A stretch of DNA of 52,161 nt, the filler included, from Sphacelaria rigidula (Eukaryota), in assembly GCA_964200075.2 (NCBI GenBank). It is 4 parts of 4 records of this genome, joined end to end, with 100 filler letters (N's around TTAATTAATTAA, not from the genome) between each part and the next. Parts side by side here need not be neighbours in the genome. Positions count along the whole stretch, not along the records: positions 39,200 to 52,161 come from CAXNAA020003263.1; 3 more parts are not named here. One strand, written 5' to 3'. Below, piece after piece: positions 48,826-52,161 of the stretch (positions are counted from its first letter, which is position 1; the number at the start of each line of letters is the position of its first letter). Under the pieces are notes generated by a model that was given only the letters and a program-made list of their open reading frames with translations, was not told the origin of the DNA and did no database searches. The position numbers were made by a program, and so were the translations under genes.

Positions 48826-50926
48826 CTCGTGCGGTGAAACGCGGGTCTCTGAATGCATGCCGTGGTCTCCGATTGCTTGGGCCGATACGATGCCCTTCTT
48901 CATCATCTGCACGGAAGAGTTCGTTTTCCCTTCGAGCTTTCCAATCTCCGCGGTAAAAGCCCTGTGGGCGTTCTTCAACTGTTCATATTCCTGGAGTGGT
49001 ATCACGTTTAGGGTTCACGTCAGGGATTACAAGTTTGCTTCGTTCGAACCTACAGTATCCTGTTTCAGGTGTCAGCCTCCCGACAATAAATAGACTGGGT
49101 CAGCAACTGGCCTGTTCGGGTGTCGAACAGTACGAGAAGTTGTCAAGCATCGAACTGGTTCGAGCATTCTGGGGGAATCGACATGCACAGGGGACAATAT
49201 ATACTTTCAACCATGGCGCTAACGTACACAGGCAGCATCTATCTGTGGTGCCTCCCGAGGAAGGAGACAAAATAATGGACTCGAACAGGCCCCGACTAAT
49301 GACCGGGAATGATCCGTGGTATCATGTAGTTCAGCTGACCTTCGGTTCGTTCTTGCCGTTCTCTCGGGAGCGGCATGGTTCGCTCCCAAGTACCCGCCGA
49401 CCTTGAGCCTTCCAGAGGTCTTTGACGGTCTTGTTGTTGAACTCCCTCCCTGTGGGTTATTGCGTCACGTAACAGTCAGACATGGATATGAGCCGGTATA
49501 CTTCTTCATGGACATCCCCCCAGCTTCCCCTAACTTCTTCGATTTCTGCAACAACAATCTCGTCCAAGAATTCAGCAACTCCGTCACTCCCCTTCGGCCT
49601 CAAAATACCACAGCTGACGGAGGTTCGACCAATGACAGACGACAGCAATCAAGTAGCCTTGCTTTGAACGGCTTTTCAGGTACACACTAGCGCCCGCTCA
49701 CCGACTTCCACGGATGTTATGGGCGTCGTCACGGGAGGGTTCTTCGGCGTGTAGGTCCTGGAACGGCATGATTTACACCGCCTCTTCACTCTTGCAAGCA
49801 CATCTTTCGCCGCATCGTTCGGAATCATGTACTCTGCGTTTAGCCTTTCCAAGGCCCTGTCACGCCCGCAGTGGGACTGCCCATGCATCTGCGCAACGTA
49901 CGCAAGGGCCGCGGGCGAACGCCCTAATTATCATTTCGGAACGCCTGGTTTTCAAGCACGCACATTTGTAACACGATGCCGAGCAAAAATGCACCGACAG
50001 GTGGCTTGCATCCTTACCAAGTTCCGAGAAAAACCACGCGAAAGGAAAAAAAAAACTTGAACGGTACCTGAGCGATGATGGGGATGACGTATTTCTTGTG
50101 AGGAACGATCCTCCATCCGGGCGTGAACTTCCTTTTTCCAAGACGATCACGGCGTCTCCCCGGTTGCACTTTGTGCAGGAGAACGTATTCATCGTCTTCA
50201 GGGCTGCTCTCCACTACCCAAGACTTTTTGAGATTCTTCCTGAAGTCGCTTAAAACTCTAGGGTTACCGTCCCGGGATTTCAGGCGGTATGGATAGATTC
50301 GGTTGCCTTGTTTCTCGCCTACCAGGAAGTCATATACCTCGTCGCTGTAGAAGGGGTTCTTGCTCGCACCCCGGGCGAAAAACTTTGATATATCTGGGTT
50401 GTACTCCGGACCCCATCGTGTCTCCTTCTGCATCACACAGAAGTCTGCATCTGAATCATCATCGTCTTCGGAAGAAGAATTCACTTCCGGAAAAGTAATC
50501 GCGGAAGGGTTGACGGGACCTTTCGCACACGACTCAGCCCTATCGCCTACCGCAGAAATCTGGCCAAGAGTGAAGAGCAAACGTCATGGGGAGAGGTACA
50601 ATGTAAAAGGACCTACTAAAAAACATTTAGGGGAGTTATGCCGCCTATATTTTAACTTGGACCACTCCGACAGTGGTTTCATACCCCCGCTGAATCAAAC
50701 AAAGTTTTTTTTTCTAGATTTCACCACTCTCGCCAGTTCTTGGACAAAAATTCTTGTTTGGCCAAAATAAAGACTGCGGCCACCGGGAAACGGGAGGATG
50801 TCCTGGAACCGCCTCAACTAGTAGAGCAAGTCTTTCCAAGGTGTCAAACTCCACCTAGCTCTCATTTAGGGCGTAGAATGACGTCAAAGCTCCAAAAAGG
50901 CACTTCTCCAGATTTTTACATTTGCC
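48826..50926 (-). mobile_element. Decayed intron-containing Ginger-like (rve-type DDE integrase) DNA transposon plus upstream terminal region
   Basis: Intron 50067-49889 joins ...VIPIIAQ|MHGQSHCGRDR...YMIP...CKSC...TPIT (HHCC zinc domain). Then frameshifted YLIAVVCHWS and KGSDGVAEFLDEI, exon 49449-49340 GREFNNKTVKDLW...EPCRSRENGKNEP, and exon ~48990-48826 ending HSETRVSPHE. No RT, RNase H or gag adjacent. Confidence 0.75.
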
Positions 50927-51692
50927 TGTTGTAAGGAGCGGCCTCACCTGCGTTTACCCGAGGTCTACATCTCAGGTTCGCTGTTGCATTGGCTATACAA
51001 ACTCTCAATCCCACCGATCCGACCCGTGTCGACACTTTACTTGTCTCTATCCTCCCCTACCCCTCTCTCGCTCTCTCCTTTAGCGTGACTCGAAAGTGTT
51101 CTCCATCACTTTCCGTTTTTCCTACTGCTAAGCAGTAGTCCTATTTCATCATATTTCCGCCTAAACTATTTTGTCGTCATATTGTTAACGGCTCCGGATA
51201 CCAGCACTGCTAGTGCTTTACCGGTCCGATCCTTATTTCTCTATCTATCCTTCCTTATCGTCTCTCTCTCGATCTCGTTCGAGAGTAAACTTGTTCACTG
51301 ATAAAAATTGAAGTGCGACGAATGGAGGGACTAGGATATCCCAATCCTATTGAGAGTACTCGTTGGGGGTCCGGTGTCTCTCAGTTTTTACGTGAGCTCA
51401 TTGACTCTAAATAATGTACCCAACACGGGCTCATAGCCGTTTCACCATGGGTAGCTACTCCACTAATGCTTCCGAGTATACCTTCGCTGCCAAAAGATTG
51501 GCCAACGACCATCTTTTGTTCAGGATGCGAACAGTTTACCCCTTGAACCAGTGAGCGCTCACTGGTTCAAGGGGTAAACTGTACGCTTGCTGAACATCCC
51601 CCACACGCCTGCTTTTTTCCTTCAAGATCTGGAGATATTTACGTACCGCATGGTGCTCCTTCTTCTGACCGTGTGGTCAACCCTTAGCAACG
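50927..51692. mobile_element. Possible solo LTR
   Basis: Begins TGTTGTAAGG and ends CCTTAGCAACG (imperfect inverted termini); CT-rich interior; begins where the Ginger flank homology stops. No clear TSD. Confidence 0.35.
51531..51582. repeat. Perfect 52-bp palindrome
   Basis: ACAGTTTACCCCTTGAACCAGTGAGC|GCTCACTGGTTCAAGGGGTAAACTGT, extendable with mismatches to ~51517-51596. Confidence 0.95.
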
Positions 51693-52161
51693 TATTTGTT
51701 TCATGAGTGCGGTAGGTCTTCACGTCTTTACCTTGTATCCACCCCTACATGCGTGATCAATGATCATCTGACTGAGGAAAGCAACAGATGAGCATCCTTC
51801 TCCCTCCCCTTCATTTATGTAATCCCTCTGCACCTAATATATCGGGGATTCGAAGATCATGCATGATCCGATTTCAACCAGCCGATGGAATCGGTACAGT
51901 TTTCCGGGTATCTCACCACGAGGGCCAACAGTCCTGTAAACTGAACATATAGGGATGACCTTACCATATCTGTACTCGTTGTATCTACCGGTGTTTTCGA
52001 TTTTCCGTGTGAAGTGGTCAACCTCCAGGCCATTACTCACAGCATGTCTGGGTTTTGGTCTTTGCTTAATGTCTTGCTTTTGTTGCGATATGGGGGGGGG
52101 GGGTGTACTCATGATCATGCATGCCATAGTCATAAGACCATTGACCTCGCATCCCTACAAT

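Overview
Eukaryotic, intron-rich and TE-rich DNA whose gene and repeat style fits a brown alga (Phaeophyceae; inference). The window is not one locus. It is four contigs of 12969, 12965, 12965 and 12962 bp joined by identical artificial spacers (44 N + TTAATTAATTAA + 44 N), so nothing should be linked across the spacers. Contig 1 (1-12969) holds three exons of TSR2 (minus strand) and a possible divergent first exon. Contig 2 (13070-26034) holds six exons of a peptide:N-glycanase with intact Zn-binding CxxC pairs and Cys-His-Asp triad, preceded by a signal-peptide-like leader and a ~600-aa low-complexity region. Contig 3 (26135-39099) holds the 5' end of a Copia element and the last seven exons of a multi-pass membrane protein gene (minus). 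Contig 4 (39200-52161) holds a Gypsy integrase relic, a compact multi-exon orphan pseudogene and a decayed intron-containing Ginger-like DDE integrase. The upstream flank of that integrase is homologous to a 540-bp foldback element in contig 1. MITEs (hAT-, piggyBac-like and others), tRNA-derived SINEs and two long palindromes fill much of the rest. All gene models were built by eye from splice sites and reading-frame phase; no searches were run.
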